A stretch of 60,822 nucleotides of DNA from an uncultured Bacteroidota bacterium (GCA_903919535.1 CAIXIP010000081.1:1-60822); one strand, 5' to 3'. Positions 19,726-30,443 are shown, counted from the first letter of the stretch. Translations and numbers: made by a program. Notes: generated by a model not told the origin, from the letters alone.

Positions 19726-20979
19726 TTAAGCGATGTATTTCTTCACAATAACAGAAGCATTATGTCCGCCAAAGCCAAACGTATTGCTTAATGCTGCGCG
19801 GACTTCACGTTTTTGTGCTTTGTTAAATGTAAAGTTGAATCTTGTATCCAATGTTGGGTCAACATTAAAGTGATTTATGGTTGGAGGAACAATATCATTT
19901 TTTACCGCCATTATTGAAGCAATAGCTTCAATAGCACCAGCAGCACCTAATAAATGTCCAGTCATTGATTTAGTAGAACTTACATTTAATTTAAATGCAT
20001 GTTCTCCAAAAACACCAAGAATAGCTTTTGTTTCAGAAATATCACCAAGAGGAGTGGATGTTCCATGAACATTCACATAATCAATTTGGTCTGGAGCCAT
20101 TCCTGCATCTAATAATGCGCTACGCATTACATTCAGCGCTCCTAATCCTTCAGGATGAGGTGCTGTGATATGATTTGCATCTGCACTCATTCCGCCTCCC
20201 GCAATTTCAGCGTAAATTTTTGCTCCACGTTTTAAAGCGTGTTCAAGTTCTTCTAATATTAAACAACCTGCTCCTTCACCTAAAACAAATCCATCACGAT
20301 CAACATCAAAGGGACGAGAAGCCGTAGAAGGCGAATCATTACGAGTTGAAAGTGCATGCATTGCATTAAAACCGCCAACACCTGCTTCGCAAACAGCAGC
20401 TTCGGAACCACCAGCAACGAAAAAGTCGGCTTTGCCTAATTTAATGTAGTTGGTAGCATCGATAAGTGAATTGGTTGAAGAAGCGCATGCAGAAACGGTA
20501 GTAAAGTTAGGGCCACGTAATCCAAACATAATGGAAATGTGTCCAGAACAAATATCAGCAATCATTTTTGGTATGAAGAATGGGTTGAAACGTGGTGTTC
20601 CATCACCCTTTGCAAAATTAAAACATTCATCTTGGAATGTTTGTAATCCTCCAATTCCAGAACCCCAGATAACTCCACCTCTATCAGAGTCGTAAGTGCC
20701 TTTTTCTAATCCGGCATCTTTCATCGCTTGTATAGCAGATGCTAAGCCATATTGAGAAAATGGATCGAGTTTACGAGCTTCCTTACGGTCGAAATAGTCT
20801 TCGGGATTAAACCCTTTTACTTCGCAAGCGAATTGAGTTTTGAATTTTGAAGCATCAAAACGAGTAATAGGTGCAGCTCCGCTAACACCATTCAATAAAT
20901 TGTTCCAGTATTCTGAAACGTTATTACCGAGCGGTGTAATAGCACCGAGACCTGTAACTACTACTCGTCTTAATTTCAT
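19726..20979 (-). CDS. fabF: 3-oxoacyl-ACP synthase II
   Basis: RRVVVTGLG, SACASS, HGTSTPLGD, KSMTGHLLG, FGFGGHN. Confidence 0.97.
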   Translation of the reverse strand: MKLRRVVVTGLGAITPLGNNVSEYWNNLLNGVSGAAPITRFDASKFKTQFACEVKGFNPEDYFDRKEARKLDPFSQYGLASAIQAMKDAGLEKGTYDSDRGGVIWGSGIGGLQTFQDECFNFAKGDGTPRFNPFFIPKMIADICSGHISIMFGLRGPNFTTVSACASSTNSLIDATNYIKLGKADFFVAGGSEAAVCEAGVGGFNAMHALSTRNDSPSTASRPFDVDRDGFVLGEGAGCLILEELEHALKRGAKIYAEIAGGGMSADANHITAPHPEGLGALNVMRSALLDAGMAPDQIDYVNVHGTSTPLGDISETKAILGVFGEHAFKLNVSSTKSMTGHLLGAAGAIEAIASIMAVKNDIVPPTINHFNVDPTLDTRFNFTFNKAQKREVRAALSNTFGFGGHNASVIVKKYIA

Positions 20980-20998
20980 TAAATAAATCGTTTAGGAA

Positions 20999-21235
20999 TT
21001 ATTTTGAATTTGCTTCAATGTAAGAAATCGCTTCACCTACTGTACCAATTTTTTCAGCTTGGTCATCAGGGATAGCAATGTTAAATTCTTTTTCAAATTC
21101 CATGATTAGTTCTACAGTGTCTAATGAGTCTGCTCCTAAATCATTTGTAAAGCTAGCTGTTGGTGTTACTTCTTTTTCGTCAACACCTAATTTATCAACG
21201 ATGATAGCTTTTACTTTTGTTGCAATGTCTGACAT
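20999..21235 (-). CDS. acpP: Acyl carrier protein
   Basis: [14 protein letters not shown]. Confidence 0.98.
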   Translation of the reverse strand: MSDIATKVKAIIVDKLGVDEKEVTPTASFTNDLGADSLDTVELIMEFEKEFNIAIPDDQAEKIGTVGEAISYIEANSK

Positions 21236-21266
21236 TTTTTTAAATGTTTAAAGGTTAATTCGGGTG

Positions 21267-21296
21267 CAAAGATATAGTTATGCTTACAATTACAAA
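21267..21296 (-). promoter_or_regulatory. acpP sigma-A promoter TTTG-N18-TATCTTTG
   Basis: caaagata 21267-21274 and caaa 21293-21296 on + strand. Confidence 0.65.
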
Positions 21297-21416
21297 AAAA
21301 AATATTCAAAAATGCCCATTTTTATAATCTATTAAATGCTTTTGCCTTAATAATCAACAAGTTACATTCTCAGATTGTTGATAAACCATTTTTGCTTTTT
21401 TCATTGAGTTTAATAT

Positions 21417-21424
21417 TACTTTTG
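21417..21424 (+). promoter_or_regulatory. purN -7 box TACTTTTG (leaderless-type)
   Basis: 4 nt before ATG 21429. Confidence 0.65.
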
Positions 21425-21428
21425 GGGA

Positions 21429-21992
21429 ATGAAAAACATCGCCATTTTTGCATCTGGTGAAGGCACCAATGCTCAGAATATAATAGATTATTTTTCGAAA
21501 TCCGAAAAAGTAAAAATTGCGCTAGTGCTTTCCAATAAAAGCGAAGCCAATGTTTTGAATCGTGCAAAAAAAGCCGGGGTTCCATCATTAGTAATTGACC
21601 GTTTCTCCTTTTATGATTCTGATAATACAATTGAAAAGTTAAAATCTTCTAATATTGACCTTATAGTACTTGCTGGATTTTTGTGGTTAATACCTGAAAG
21701 TTTAGTAAAAGCGTTTCCAAACAAAATAATTAATATTCATCCGGCATTATTGCCAAAATTCGGTGGCAAAGGAATGTATGGAATGAATGTTCACAAAGCT
21801 GTAATTGGAGGGAAAGAAAAAGAAAGTGGAATTACTATTCATTTTGTAAATGAAAAATATGATGAAGGTGAAATTATTGCTCAACATAAATGCAGGATTG
21901 GAGAAAAGGACACTCCAGAAATGTTAGCACAAAAAATTCATCAATTGGAGTATGAATATTTTCCGAAAGCAATCGAAATGATAACAGCTTAA
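21429..21992 (+). CDS. purN: Phosphoribosylglycinamide formyltransferase
   Basis: IFASGEGTN, LAGF, INIHPALLPKFGG, GITIHFV. Confidence 0.96.
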   Translation: MKNIAIFASGEGTNAQNIIDYFSKSEKVKIALVLSNKSEANVLNRAKKAGVPSLVIDRFSFYDSDNTIEKLKSSNIDLIVLAGFLWLIPESLVKAFPNKIINIHPALLPKFGGKGMYGMNVHKAVIGGKEKESGITIHFVNEKYDEGEIIAQHKCRIGEKDTPEMLAQKIHQLEYEYFPKAIEMITA

Positions 21993-22019
21993 ATTCTCAT
22001 TAAATAAATTTATATTACT

Positions 22020-22592
22020 ATGGAGTTACATTTTAATTTTAAAGAAATAGCCACTATTACCATGATTTTATTCGCGGTGATTGATGTTGTTGGTTCTTTA
22101 CCAGTTTTACTTGATTTACAAAGCAAATCAGGTAAAATACAGTCAGAAAAGGCTACAGTTGTGTCAGGAGTTATAATGGTTGTTTTTATGTTTGTTGGGC
22201 AATCTATTTTAGAATTGATCGGGATTGATGTAAGTTCGTTCGCTATTGCAGGTTCCTTCATTATTTTCTTTTTGGCCTTAGAAATGATTTTGGGGATTCG
22301 CTTTTATAAGGAAGAAACAGCAGCCACGGCATCCGTTGTTCCAATTGCATTTCCACTGATTGCCGGTACAGGAACATTAACAACTCTATTGTCGATTAGG
22401 GCTGAATACCGAATAGAAAACATTCTGATTGCTATTCTTGTAAATCTCTTTTTTGTTTATCTTGTTTTACGAAATACATATCGTTTAGAAAAAATATTAG
22501 GTCCGGGAGGAATAAATATATTAAGAAAAGTTTTTGGCGTTATACTTTTAGCAATTGCTGTAAAATTATTTAGAACTCACGCAGGAGTATGA
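22020..22592 (+). CDS. MarC family integral membrane protein
   Basis: PIAFPLIAG, FAIAGS, 6 TM. Confidence 0.9.
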   Translation: MELHFNFKEIATITMILFAVIDVVGSLPVLLDLQSKSGKIQSEKATVVSGVIMVVFMFVGQSILELIGIDVSSFAIAGSFIIFFLALEMILGIRFYKEETAATASVVPIAFPLIAGTGTLTTLLSIRAEYRIENILIAILVNLFFVYLVLRNTYRLEKILGPGGINILRKVFGVILLAIAVKLFRTHAGV

Positions 22593-23065
22593 TAAAGATA
22601 TATACTGATGGCGCTTCAAGAGGAAACCCTGGTCCAGGTGGATTTGGTGTTGTAATGTTGTACGGAGCTTTACGCAAGGAGATTTCAGAAGGTTTTCGTT
22701 TAACAACAAACAATAGAATGGAATTGTTAAGTGTAATTGTGTCTCTGGAGGCCTTAAAGAAGGAAGGAACAGCAGCTACAATTTATTCCGATTCAAAGTA
22801 TGTTGTTGATTCTGTTGAAAAAAAATGGGTTTTTGGCTGGGAGAAAAAACATTTCAAAGACAAAAAGAATGAGGATCTGTGGAAACGGTTTTTACAGGTT
22901 TACAGAAAACATGAAGTAAAATTCGTTTGGGTAAAAGGACATGCTTCGAACATAGAAAATAACCGTTGTGATGAATTAGCTGTTGAAGCAGCGATGGGAG
23001 GTCATTTAAAAATTGATCATGGGTATGAGGACGAAAAGAAAAAGGAAAACGCGAAGCTTCTATAG
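22589..23065 (+). CDS. rnhA: Ribonuclease HI
   Basis: YTDGASRGNPGPGG, TTNNRMEL, SDSKY, WVKGH, NNRCDELA. Confidence 0.97.
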   Translation: MIKIYTDGASRGNPGPGGFGVVMLYGALRKEISEGFRLTTNNRMELLSVIVSLEALKKEGTAATIYSDSKYVVDSVEKKWVFGWEKKHFKDKKNEDLWKRFLQVYRKHEVKFVWVKGHASNIENNRCDELAVEAAMGGHLKIDHGYEDEKKKENAKLL

Positions 23066-23125
23066 AATGATAACAAAGCATTAAAGCAAAACTCTTCGAA
23101 AAATTATTCTAACAGACTGGTTTGG

Positions 23126-23191
23126 CGTTATGTTGAGTTTGTCGAAATATGTGCAATGGGTGCCTGTTCCCTTAGACAAAATCTGGGCGAC
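23126..23191. repeat. Degenerate REP-like inverted-repeat element
   Basis: gttatgttgagtttgtcgaa...ttagacaaaatctgggcgac resembles the GTCA-CTGAGCTTGTCGAAG/CTTCGACAAGCTCAG-TGAC type repeat; between convergent genes. Confidence 0.5.
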
Positions 23192-23243
23192 CTATATGCT
23201 TTGACATTCAAAACAAAAAACAATCTTTAAAAATGGTTTATGT

Positions 23244-24032
23244 TTATAAACATCCTGTTCTTCCACCATCAACAGGGATATTAATTCCGGTAATATAGGA
23301 AGCTGCAGGCGAAGCTAAAAATGCAACAGCGTTTGCAATTTCAGATGGCTCAGCAAATCGTCCCAAAGGAATTTCGCTTTCCATTTCATTCGTGATTTCA
23401 TTTAAAGATTCACCAGTGTTTTTTGATTTGTTTTCGATTATGCTACTTAAGCGTCCTGTAAGTGTTGCTCCTGGAAGTACATTATTTACGGTAATTCCGA
23501 AGGATGCTACTTCATTAGATAATGTTTTGCTCCAATTGGCAACGGCAGCACGAATAGTATTTGAAACACCTAAATTTTTCAAAGGCATTTTAACAGAAGT
23601 GCTTATAATATTGATAACACGACCATATTTTTCTTTTTTCATTCCTTCAAGCAAGGCTTGAACTAAAATGTGGTTACAGACCAAATGATTGCTAAATGCT
23701 TGAGTAAATTCATCAACTTTTGCATTTTGAATCAGTCCGCTTGGTGGTCCACCAGTGTTGTTTACTAAAATATGAATGGCACCATTTGTTGCAACAAAAT
23801 TTTCTACTTTTTCTTTTAGTTTATTTGGTGTTTGAAAATCGACAGCTAAAAAATCATGTTGTTGACCTTTCGAAACATCTAAGTCTTTTATTGTTTGCTT
23901 TAAAGATTCTTCGTTACGGGCAACCAAAACAATGTTTGCACCAAGCAATGCTAATTCAATGGCTGATGCTTTTCCAATTCCTTGTGTGCTTCCACAAACA
24001 AGTGCAGTTTTTCCTGATAGATCTAAATTCAT
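23244..24032 (-). CDS. SDR family oxidoreductase
   Basis: CGSTQGIG, NNTGGP, SNTIR in place of YxxxK; ATG 24032 lies 5 nt after TACTTTTG, so track start 24071 is probably too long. Confidence 0.88.
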   Translation of the reverse strand: MNLDLSGKTALVCGSTQGIGKASAIELALLGANIVLVARNEESLKQTIKDLDVSKGQQHDFLAVDFQTPNKLKEKVENFVATNGAIHILVNNTGGPPSGLIQNAKVDEFTQAFSNHLVCNHILVQALLEGMKKEKYGRVINIISTSVKMPLKNLGVSNTIRAAVANWSKTLSNEVASFGITVNNVLPGATLTGRLSSIIENKSKNTGESLNEITNEMESEIPLGRFAEPSEIANAVAFLASPAASYITGINIPVDGGRTGCL

Positions 24033-24141
24033 GATGTCAAAAGTAGCAAATTCAAGACAAATCATTATCAAAGATTATTTTGTTTAAATTTTTATATACT
24101 TTTAAGGAACAAAAGTAATTTTAAAAACAAATTTTTAACAT

Positions 24142-25398
24142 ATGAAAAAACAGTTCTGCTTGATATCTATTGTTTTCCTACTAATTGGAATTCAAAAAGT
24201 ATCCGATGCTCAAGAAATGAAAACAGATAAAGAAATTTATACTGTAGAAGGTGCGTACAATTTTATTATCCTTAAAAAAGATATTAAAACGCAAAAAATA
24301 TTATTTAAAGCAGAAACAAAGATTCCTGATAAAAGTCAAAAAGAAATGTTCTATCCTGGTGCCAATTTTGCCGCCTTTGAGCTAGTGGGAGATAATATTA
24401 TTATTGTATATGATGTATGGCAAAAAGCAACCGGAACAAAAGATTGTTCAATAAAAACATTAAATGTTAAAACTGCTAAATTCAGTCAACCTAAGCTGTT
24501 GTATTCAACAAAGGTTAATTCGGTTTATAGCTCCAATGAAATAATTTATAAGCCGATATATTCTCCTGATAAGTCTAAGTTAGCTGTTTTAAAAGATAAT
24601 ATTTCTCCAAGTTATGATATTGAACCTGAGATCAATATTTACGACACAAAATCGCTTAATGTGATTTCAACTAAAAAAATAAGTTCGAAATATGAGAATC
24701 AAAAAAGGATCATAAATCAGAATATTACAATGGATGATAATGGGAATATTGCTCTAACTTTTAGTCTTTTAAATGAAAAAACGAAGATGACAACAAAGAG
24801 TTACTCTGCAGAGATACCATTTAAGGAAACTGATTTAAAAAACATTAAAGAAGTAACAGGAACAGCTTCAAATGATGGCGGTATTGATCAAAAAGCACAT
24901 GGTAATTTTTATAAAACTCTTCAGGATTATCTTGACGACAAACCGATAAAAGGAACAAGAATAAAGAACGGAAGTTTTAACTGGACTGTAGTAACCGGAA
25001 CTGACTATAAACTAATTGATGATGAAGGTAATATAAAAAAAGAAGATGCTAAAAATCTTCCGTCAGAATTGTTCACGTATAAAAGTGATAATTATTCTTC
25101 ACCTTTCCTTGTGAGGATTATTGACAAAAAGCCATACATTGTATTAGCTGCCGGTAAGTTGTGTTATTATTCATTGTATCAGGAGCAACAAGATCGGTTT
25201 TTTGCCGAAGGGTGGGATGGCGAATTAATGAAGTTTAAAGAAAAGGATTTCGAAGAATATTTAGCAAAATATAATTTGCTGGAAGATTATAAAAAAGATA
25301 AACCCAAGCGAGAAAGAGATGATAGTGTTAATGGATATTTTAATAAAACAGTTAATTGGCAGATAAAATATTTTAATCTTTTGAATGCAAAGATGTAA
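24142..25398 (+). CDS. Hypothetical secreted protein
   Basis: 418-aa ORF with signal peptide, no recognised motif. Confidence 0.65.
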   Translation: MKKQFCLISIVFLLIGIQKVSDAQEMKTDKEIYTVEGAYNFIILKKDIKTQKILFKAETKIPDKSQKEMFYPGANFAAFELVGDNIIIVYDVWQKATGTKDCSIKTLNVKTAKFSQPKLLYSTKVNSVYSSNEIIYKPIYSPDKSKLAVLKDNISPSYDIEPEINIYDTKSLNVISTKKISSKYENQKRIINQNITMDDNGNIALTFSLLNEKTKMTTKSYSAEIPFKETDLKNIKEVTGTASNDGGIDQKAHGNFYKTLQDYLDDKPIKGTRIKNGSFNWTVVTGTDYKLIDDEGNIKKEDAKNLPSELFTYKSDNYSSPFLVRIIDKKPYIVLAAGKLCYYSLYQEQQDRFFAEGWDGELMKFKEKDFEEYLAKYNLLEDYKKDKPKRERDDSVNGYFNKTVNWQIKYFNLLNAKM

Positions 25399-25414
25399 GA
25401 AGCAAAAGAAAAAT

Positions 25415-25461
25415 TTTCCAATAAAAAAGCGAGGAATTTCTCCTCACTTTTTTATTGGAAA
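25415..25461. terminator. Bidirectional terminator
   Basis: 21-bp IR (one mismatch), 5-nt loop, between convergent genes. Confidence 0.88.
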
Positions 25462-25484
25462 GCCTAAGCTATAAACTTGATATT

Positions 25485-26858
25485 TTACCCGAATAACAAT
25501 CGAAATACTTCTTCGATTTTTCCGACCATGGTAATTTTAATATGGTGGTTCTTTAGGTCCAATCCTTTTTTGTTGTATTTGGAAATAAATATATGTTCGA
25601 AGCCAAGTTTTTCGGCTTCAGAAATACGCTGATCGATGCGGTTTACAGGGCGAATCTCCCCACTCAATCCAACTTCACCAGCAAAACAAACTTTAGGAGA
25701 AATAGGCATGTCTTCATTGCTTGAAAGCACAGCACAAACTAAGGCAAGGTCAATCCCTGGATCTTCTACTTTTATTCCGCCTGCAATATTTAAAAAGACA
25801 TCTTTTATTCCTAATCTAAATCCGCAACGTTTTTCTAAAACGGCTAAGAGCATAGATAATCTTCTAAGGTCAAAACCTGTTGAAGAACGCTGAGGTGTAC
25901 CATAAGCAGCGCTGCTCACTAAAGCTTGTGTCTCAATTAACATTGGACGTAAACCTTCCATTGTTGCTGAAATTGCAACTCCACTAACCAATTCTTCACG
26001 TGCTGTAATTAATATTTCGGAAGGGTTACTTACTTCGCGTAAGCCGCTTCCTTGCATCTCATAAATACCTAATTCATTGGTGGATCCAAAACGATTTTTT
26101 GTAGTACGTAGTAAACGGTATACATGATTTCTGTCTCCTTCAAATTGAAGAACTGTATCTACCATATGTTCCAAAACCTTTGGTCCTGCAAGACTTCCAT
26201 CTTTGGTGATGTGTCCGATCAAAAAAACTGCTGTGCCACTTTCCTTTGCATATCGCATTAATTCGGATGTGCATTCTCGAATTTGCGAAACGCTTCCTGG
26301 AGATGATTCAATATGAGCAGAGTGTAATGTTTGAATTGAATCAACGATCAATAAATTCGGTTCAAGAATTTCAATTTGTTTGAAAATATTTTGTGTGGAA
26401 GTTTCTGTTAAAATATAACAATTCGGATTGTTCATTCCAATGCGTTCAGCACGCATACGTATTTGCTGTTCACTCTCTTCCCCTGAAACATAAAGTACTT
26501 TCAGGTTTTTCATGTTGAGTGCAACTTGCAACATCAATGTTGATTTGCCAATGCCTGGTTCACCACCAAATAATATGAGTGATCCCGGAACTAATCCTCC
26601 ACCAAGTACTCTGGAGAGTTCAGAATCGTAAACAGAAATTCGGTGTTGTTCAGATAAATTTATTTCGCTTATCAATTGAGGTTTTGAAGCGCGTTGTGTG
26701 CTTGTGCTAGCAATACCGGGAGTTTTAACATCATCACCTTTGCTAACAACTTCTTCAACGTAAGTATTCCATTCATTGCAAGACGGGCATTTGCCGATCC
26801 ATTTACCGGATTGTGCACCACAGTTCTGACAGAAAAATGTTGTACGCGTTTTAGCCAT
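25485..26858 (-). CDS. radA: DNA repair protein RadA/Sms
   Basis: CxxC-CxxC zinc finger, [15 protein letters not shown], Lon-like C-terminus. Confidence 0.97.
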   Translation of the reverse strand: MAKTRTTFFCQNCGAQSGKWIGKCPSCNEWNTYVEEVVSKGDDVKTPGIASTSTQRASKPQLISEINLSEQHRISVYDSELSRVLGGGLVPGSLILFGGEPGIGKSTLMLQVALNMKNLKVLYVSGEESEQQIRMRAERIGMNNPNCYILTETSTQNIFKQIEILEPNLLIVDSIQTLHSAHIESSPGSVSQIRECTSELMRYAKESGTAVFLIGHITKDGSLAGPKVLEHMVDTVLQFEGDRNHVYRLLRTTKNRFGSTNELGIYEMQGSGLREVSNPSEILITAREELVSGVAISATMEGLRPMLIETQALVSSAAYGTPQRSSTGFDLRRLSMLLAVLEKRCGFRLGIKDVFLNIAGGIKVEDPGIDLALVCAVLSSNEDMPISPKVCFAGEVGLSGEIRPVNRIDQRISEAEKLGFEHIFISKYNKKGLDLKNHHIKITMVGKIEEVFRLLFG

Positions 26859-27390
26859 TTTTTATTTTGTGTTCAATTGCAGTAGTGGAAAATCCTTCTA
26901 AAAATTCTATTGTCTTCACTTCACCGCCATTAGCTTTTACAACATCGGAACCTACAATATATTTTTTGCTTTGAGGGCGGGTTTCATTGGCATCATAATC
27001 AGCCCCTTTTACCAATATATCGGGCTTTAAAAAACTGATCAATTCAAAAGGTGTTTCTTCATCAAAAATAACTACAGCGCTAACAAAATGTAATGATGCA
27101 AGCACCATTGCGCGAGTTGTTTCATCTTGTAATGGACGAGAAGCTCCCTTTTCCAAACGTTTTACAGAAGCATCGCTATTTACCGCAATAATCAATTCAT
27201 TTCCCAGGTCGCTTGCTTTTGCTAGATAATCAATGTGTCCACGGTGCAAAATGTCAAAACAACCATTGGTGAAAACAACTTTTTTTTCAAAAAATTGCCA
27301 CATTCGTATGATATTACTAAGAGCTTCCTTATCGAAAATTTTATTGCCGATAATGGTTAAGGCTTTTGTTTTTTGTGTGAACGGAATCAT
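26851..27390 (-). CDS. rfaE2: D-glycero-beta-D-manno-heptose 1-phosphate adenylyltransferase (RfaE domain II)
   Basis: [31 protein letters not shown]; ATG 27390 preferred. Confidence 0.88.
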   Translation of the reverse strand: MIPFTQKTKALTIIGNKIFDKEALSNIIRMWQFFEKKVVFTNGCFDILHRGHIDYLAKASDLGNELIIAVNSDASVKRLEKGASRPLQDETTRAMVLASLHFVSAVVIFDEETPFELISFLKPDILVKGADYDANETRPQSKKYIVGSDVVKANGGEVKTIEFLEGFSTTAIEHKIKNG

Positions 27391-27427
27391 TAATGCAATT
27401 GTATAAGGTGCCTGTAAAATTATATAA

Positions 27428-28027
27428 TTATACGGCTGCAATCACATTTGAATAGGTTAATTTTTTTTCTGTAAATTCTAAGGAATTTTTTTTCATTTCT
27501 TCTCTGGTGAGGATTGATGAAATGTCTTCGAATAGGTCGATGATAATAACTTCTCCGCCATTTTCTCTAGTTTTATCCAATCCGGGAATGTATTTCTCAC
27601 TTTTCGGATTGGTTTCATTAAGATCGTAATTAGTAGATTGTACTAATATATTTGGTTTAAGAAAATTTATTAAATCAGAAGGTGTTGCTTCGTCAAAAAT
27701 TACCACGCCATCCACAAAATGGAGCGATGCAAGTAGCATGGATCTTGAATATTCATTTAGAAGAGGGGGCGTATTATTTTTAGAAAATTCTTTTAGCGAA
27801 GCATCACTATTAATTGCAACTATTAATGCATATCCCAAATCTTTTGCTTTGGCTAGATATTCAATATGACCGCTGTGAAGAATATCAAAACAGATGTGTG
27901 TCAATACAACCTTCTTACCGAAAAAATTTTGCCATGTAGTAAATGACGAAGCCCAACTTTCTTTGCTTTGTATTTTTTTGTAAGTTGTATTTAATGTTGC
28001 AGACTGAGAGAGATCAGTTTTCTTCAC
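27428..28027 (-). CDS. Divergent RfaE-II/cytidylyltransferase-like paralog
   Basis: [31 protein letters not shown]; several conserved residues changed. Confidence 0.75.
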   Translation of the reverse strand: MKKTDLSQSATLNTTYKKIQSKESWASSFTTWQNFFGKKVVLTHICFDILHSGHIEYLAKAKDLGYALIVAINSDASLKEFSKNNTPPLLNEYSRSMLLASLHFVDGVVIFDEATPSDLINFLKPNILVQSTNYDLNETNPKSEKYIPGLDKTRENGGEVIIIDLFEDISSILTREEMKKNSLEFTEKKLTYSNVIAAV

Positions 28028-28100
28028 TATAGTTCTATTTTTGAATTACTTGGGAAAGATAAATATTCAAAGTGGATTTCAAAAAGAAATAGCAAAAAAA

Positions 28101-29132
28101 TTAACTATTCTTAACATCTTTATTCAATACCGCTAAAAGTATCAGTGAAATAAGCCCTAGCGAAAGAATAAGGATAAATTGAGAAGTCCAGACAGACCAA
28201 GCAAAAGCATTTGCTACAGTTATCGCTTCTGCAGGGTTACTTGAAATAATATAAACATTCGTGAGTATGTAAATGACAATGATTTGATACGCCCCCGTGC
28301 CTCCGGGAACAGTAATGACGCCAATACTTCCAAAAACGACAATTACTACCGCAACCATTAATGATAAATTGGCGGTTTCTGAAAAAGCAAAAAAGCAAAC
28401 GTATACTTGCAAAATATACATTAGCCAAATGAGTATGGTATGAGTAATGAACCAAAAAGGCTTGTCAACATTTTTAATACTCTTTAACCCGTCCCATAAA
28501 CCATACATAAATCCTAGAACCTTAGCAGAAACAAGTGATTGTATTTTTTTACGGAAATAATAAAAAGCAGCAATAAAAATTAATAATACAATTACAGTAA
28601 TAATTACATAAACTTGTTTTTGTATTAATGCATTAAATTTGCCTGAAAGGGGAGTAAAAATAAATTTATTAGTAATTCCCGATATTCGATCGAACTCTAA
28701 GCCGAGAGTTGCAAAAAATAGAAGTACTAAACAGATGAAATCTAGTGCACGTTCTGCAATAACGGTTCCAAACCCCTCTGTAAATGGAACCTTTTCATAC
28801 TTTGTAAGTATTCCACAACGTGTAACTTCTCCCAAACGAGGCAAAGCAAAATTTGCTAAATAGCCTACCATTACAGCAAAAAAAGTATTTGAAGTTTTTG
28901 TTTGATGACCCAAAGGTTTTAATAAAAGTTTCCATCTTAGGGCACGAAAGTAATGGCTTAAGCCACTAACAACAAGAGAAGCAAAAAGCCAAAAGTAATT
29001 TGCTTGTTTTATTGCAATAATAATATCATTAATCTCTTTTTCAGATTTATTTCGAAGTGCAAGCCAAATCAATAAAATTCCAATACTTAAAAAGAAAAAG
29101 AATTTTAGAACATTAGTTGCTTGTTTTTTCAA
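28101..29132 (-). CDS. Lysylphosphatidylglycerol synthase TM / flippase-like protein
   Basis: RALRW, YLANFALPRLGEVTR, ERALD, PGGTGAY; multi-TM. Confidence 0.88.
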   Translation of the reverse strand: MKKQATNVLKFFFFLSIGILLIWLALRNKSEKEINDIIIAIKQANYFWLFASLVVSGLSHYFRALRWKLLLKPLGHQTKTSNTFFAVMVGYLANFALPRLGEVTRCGILTKYEKVPFTEGFGTVIAERALDFICLVLLFFATLGLEFDRISGITNKFIFTPLSGKFNALIQKQVYVIITVIVLLIFIAAFYYFRKKIQSLVSAKVLGFMYGLWDGLKSIKNVDKPFWFITHTILIWLMYILQVYVCFFAFSETANLSLMVAVVIVVFGSIGVITVPGGTGAYQIIVIYILTNVYIISSNPAEAITVANAFAWSVWTSQFILILSLGLISLILLAVLNKDVKNS

Positions 29133-29134
29133 AA

Positions 29135-29485
29135 TTAACGGAGCTTATTTGTTAGGGTATCTGGGAATACAACTGTTGGTTGATGTTTTTTCGCCAATTC
29201 AAAATCCATCAAGGCATATGAAACAATAATTATTTGATGTCCCACTTTCACTTTCATTGAAGCCGGCCCATTTAAACAGATCACACCTGAACCGCGCTCA
29301 CCTTTTATTACATAGGTAGTAAAGCGCTCGCCATTGTTGTAATTAAAGATGTCAACTTTTTCATTTTCGATGAAGTTGGCTGCATCCATTAGGTCCTCAT
29401 CAATTGTAACGCTACCGATGTAATCAAGGTCAGCTTCGGTAACGCTTACGCGATGTATTTTTGATTTTAAAACTTCTATTTGCAT
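29135..29485 (-). CDS. panD: Aspartate 1-decarboxylase
   Basis: [14 protein letters not shown] (G-S cleavage site), [13 protein letters not shown]. Confidence 0.96.
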   Translation of the reverse strand: MQIEVLKSKIHRVSVTEADLDYIGSVTIDEDLMDAANFIENEKVDIFNYNNGERFTTYVIKGERGSGVICLNGPASMKVKVGHQIIIVSYALMDFELAKKHQPTVVFPDTLTNKLR

Positions 29486-29560
29486 ATCGGTTGCAAAACT
29501 AAATAAATAAACTGAAAACGTGAAAAATTTTCTTTACCGAAAAATCGGAGCTACAGGGCG

Positions 29561-29614
29561 AAAAGGAAAAGCATTGAAAAACCATGTTTTAAATAAGTTT
29601 TCCAATGCTTTACC
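29561..29614 (-). terminator. Terminator of the sulfur operon
   Basis: 15-bp IR 29568-29582/29597-29611 (G-U only on - strand) followed by U-rich tail on - strand. Confidence 0.75.
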
Positions 29615-29637
29615 GTTAGGTTAAACGTTAATTGAAA

Positions 29638-30114
29638 TTAAATAAATAGTAGGTGGGTGCCTTCTTCGTTTGCTCTACCGTAAAAATCACCAATTGTTAA
29701 AATTCCATCCAAGTCATCAATTAAGTCGGTTTCTTTTAAATGGAACATATCAACTGCCAATTTACATGCCCATAGACTTACTCCTGAATCTTTTAATATT
29801 TCAAGAAATTCGCCAACAGGCGGCATATTTAATTTTTCCATTTCTTTTTTCATCATACTGGTAGCAAGGGCTTCCATTCCTGGCAATCCCCCTAACATGG
29901 TAGGCATGTGCATTGCAGGGTTTCCAACTGTTGCAACATGCAAATGTTCCAGTTTTTTCTTTTGGATAGCTTCCAGTCCAAAGAATGTGAAAAATATTTC
30001 AGCTTCAATTCCCTCCATTCTTGCGCCATTTGCCATCACAAAAGCAGCATACACATTTTCTAAAGTAGCTTTAGAAAGTATGAATAACATTTTTTTAACT
30101 TTAGTTTCACTCAT
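29638..30114 (-). CDS. DsrE/DsrF/DrsH-like (DsrE2) sulfur carrier
   Basis: IFFTFFGL and WACKLAVDMF motifs. Confidence 0.85.
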   Translation of the reverse strand: MSETKVKKMLFILSKATLENVYAAFVMANGARMEGIEAEIFFTFFGLEAIQKKKLEHLHVATVGNPAMHMPTMLGGLPGMEALATSMMKKEMEKLNMPPVGEFLEILKDSGVSLWACKLAVDMFHLKETDLIDDLDGILTIGDFYGRANEEGTHLLFI

Positions 30115-30134
30115 GATTTCTAGTTATTAATCTA

Positions 30135-30443
30135 TTAAATACAACTTTTCGGTTTAGGAATACCAGCAATTTTACTTGCTTTTTTTAATGGACCGCCTGG
30201 GAATAATTCATAAAACTCTTTAATGTTCAAGGCTCCACTATTTTTTATTCCTCGGATTGAAAGTGGTGAATCTTTTTTAAATTCACTTTGGATCCATTCA
30301 ATGGCTTTCCAATGATCATCTCGTAATTCTACTTTTTCTTCTACAGCAATAGCATTTGCAATGTCTTTATCCCATTGTGCAAATTCTAAAAGATAACCTT
30401 CTTCGTTTACGTTTACCGGTTTTTCTGCTAACATTTTTTCCAT
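30135..30443 (-). CDS. tusE: TusE/DsrC/DsvC family sulfur relay protein
   Basis: EEGYL...W, LFPGGP...KIAGIPKPKSCI; only the penultimate Cys retained. Confidence 0.85.
   Translation of the reverse strand: MEKMLAEKPVNVNEEGYLLEFAQWDKDIANAIAVEEKVELRDDHWKAIEWIQSEFKKDSPLSIRGIKNSGALNIKEFYELFPGGPLKKASKIAGIPKPKSCI

Noticed and set aside
29584-29600. 17-nt inverted match (aaacttatttaaaacat) to 60569-60585
   Set aside because: Almost all A/T; plausible by chance in 60 kb of AT-rich DNA; no element boundaries
30135-30443. DsrC as evidence of dissimilatory sulfate reduction or reverse Dsr
   Set aside because: Second conserved Cys is replaced by Ser and no dsrAB/dsrMK genes are present
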